Assembly: GCF_006345805.1 (NCBI RefSeq) | Contig: NC_043000.1 | Location: 126,480,001 to 126,544,000 of the forward strand | Direction: 5' to 3' | DNA from: Octopus sinensis | Taxonomy: Eukaryota | Length of the DNA stretch: 64,000 bases | Part shown: positions 63,375-64,000 of the stretch, in pieces | How the letters are laid out: every line of letters starts with the position of its first letter | Numbering within the stretch: the first letter of the stretch is position 1 | Program-made: the position numbers and the translations under genes | Notes under the pieces: generated by a model | What the model was told of the DNA's origin: nothing | What the model saw: the letters and a program-made list of their open reading frames with translations, nothing else | Database searches by the model: none

Positions 63375-64000
63375 GTAAGTCTGATATTTTCCCTTTTATG
63401 TTAGGCATATGGTTTATTGGTTGAGGGTGTTACACTCAAAAACATAAGATCATAATTTCGATTCCAAGATCAGTCTATGTTTTGTATTCTTGAGCAAAAC
63501 ACTTCATTTCATGTTGCACCAGTCCACTCACCACGCAAAATGAATTCCAGCAATAACTGGGAAGTTAATCCTGTGACAGACTAATGTCCCATTCAATGGC
63601 GGAGGGGGAGTGTTGTGAACGCAGTCACTTATTTACAATGGAAACCAGGCTTGTCTCTAGTTTTATAAGTCCTAGAGCTCTTGGATAAAAAAGGTCTATA
63701 CCATTTTAGTTTATGATGTCAAAGTCTGCATATGTTACATGACAAGTGGCACACTGGATTTTAAATAAATTGTGTACAGGGGTATGGTTTGCATGAAAAC
63801 ATTGGTTGCTGGAACTTAGCATTATTGTGTAACTATTGACTGATTTAAGCTTTTTGAAACAATTTGGTAAGTCATCATCATCACTTATTGTTAGTTTTCC
63901 ATGCTGGCATGGGTTGGATGTAATCTTCAAATTTTAACCCATTCGTTACCAACCCAGCTAAAACCGGCTCTGGCTCTGTAGTACAAATGTCTTGTTTTCA

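Overview
AT-rich, repeat-dense eukaryotic DNA. Its SINE, LINE and microsatellite content points to a coleoid cephalopod, probably octopus (inference, not proven). Manual splicing recovers three intron-containing genes that the ORF track misses or shows only in fragments. (A) An uncharacterised + strand gene with 8 phase-compatible coding exons (4402-26711, about 386 aa visible, 5' end not found). (B) RPP21, the RNase P subunit p21, on the - strand (42034-31937, 4 exons, 185 aa). (C) Two exons of a probable CUB-like-domain gene on the + strand (61564-63374). The rest is mostly mobile-element debris: four SINE-like families, RTE, CR1, R4/Dong-like, CRE-like and Tx1/L1-like LINE pieces, a Gypsy remnant, Tc1/mariner remnants and many MITEs. 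The most unusual items are a degenerate U6 snRNA copy fused to the 3' tail of a resident SINE, a RidA/YjgF (RIDA) coding fragment captured inside a 73-bp direct duplication in an intron of gene A, a head-to-tail pair of apparently ORF1-only Tx1/L1-like elements, and two long near-perfect hairpins near the 5'-most visible exon of gene A. There is no CRISPR array, rRNA or intact tRNA. All family assignments come from motif recognition by eye; no database searches were run.
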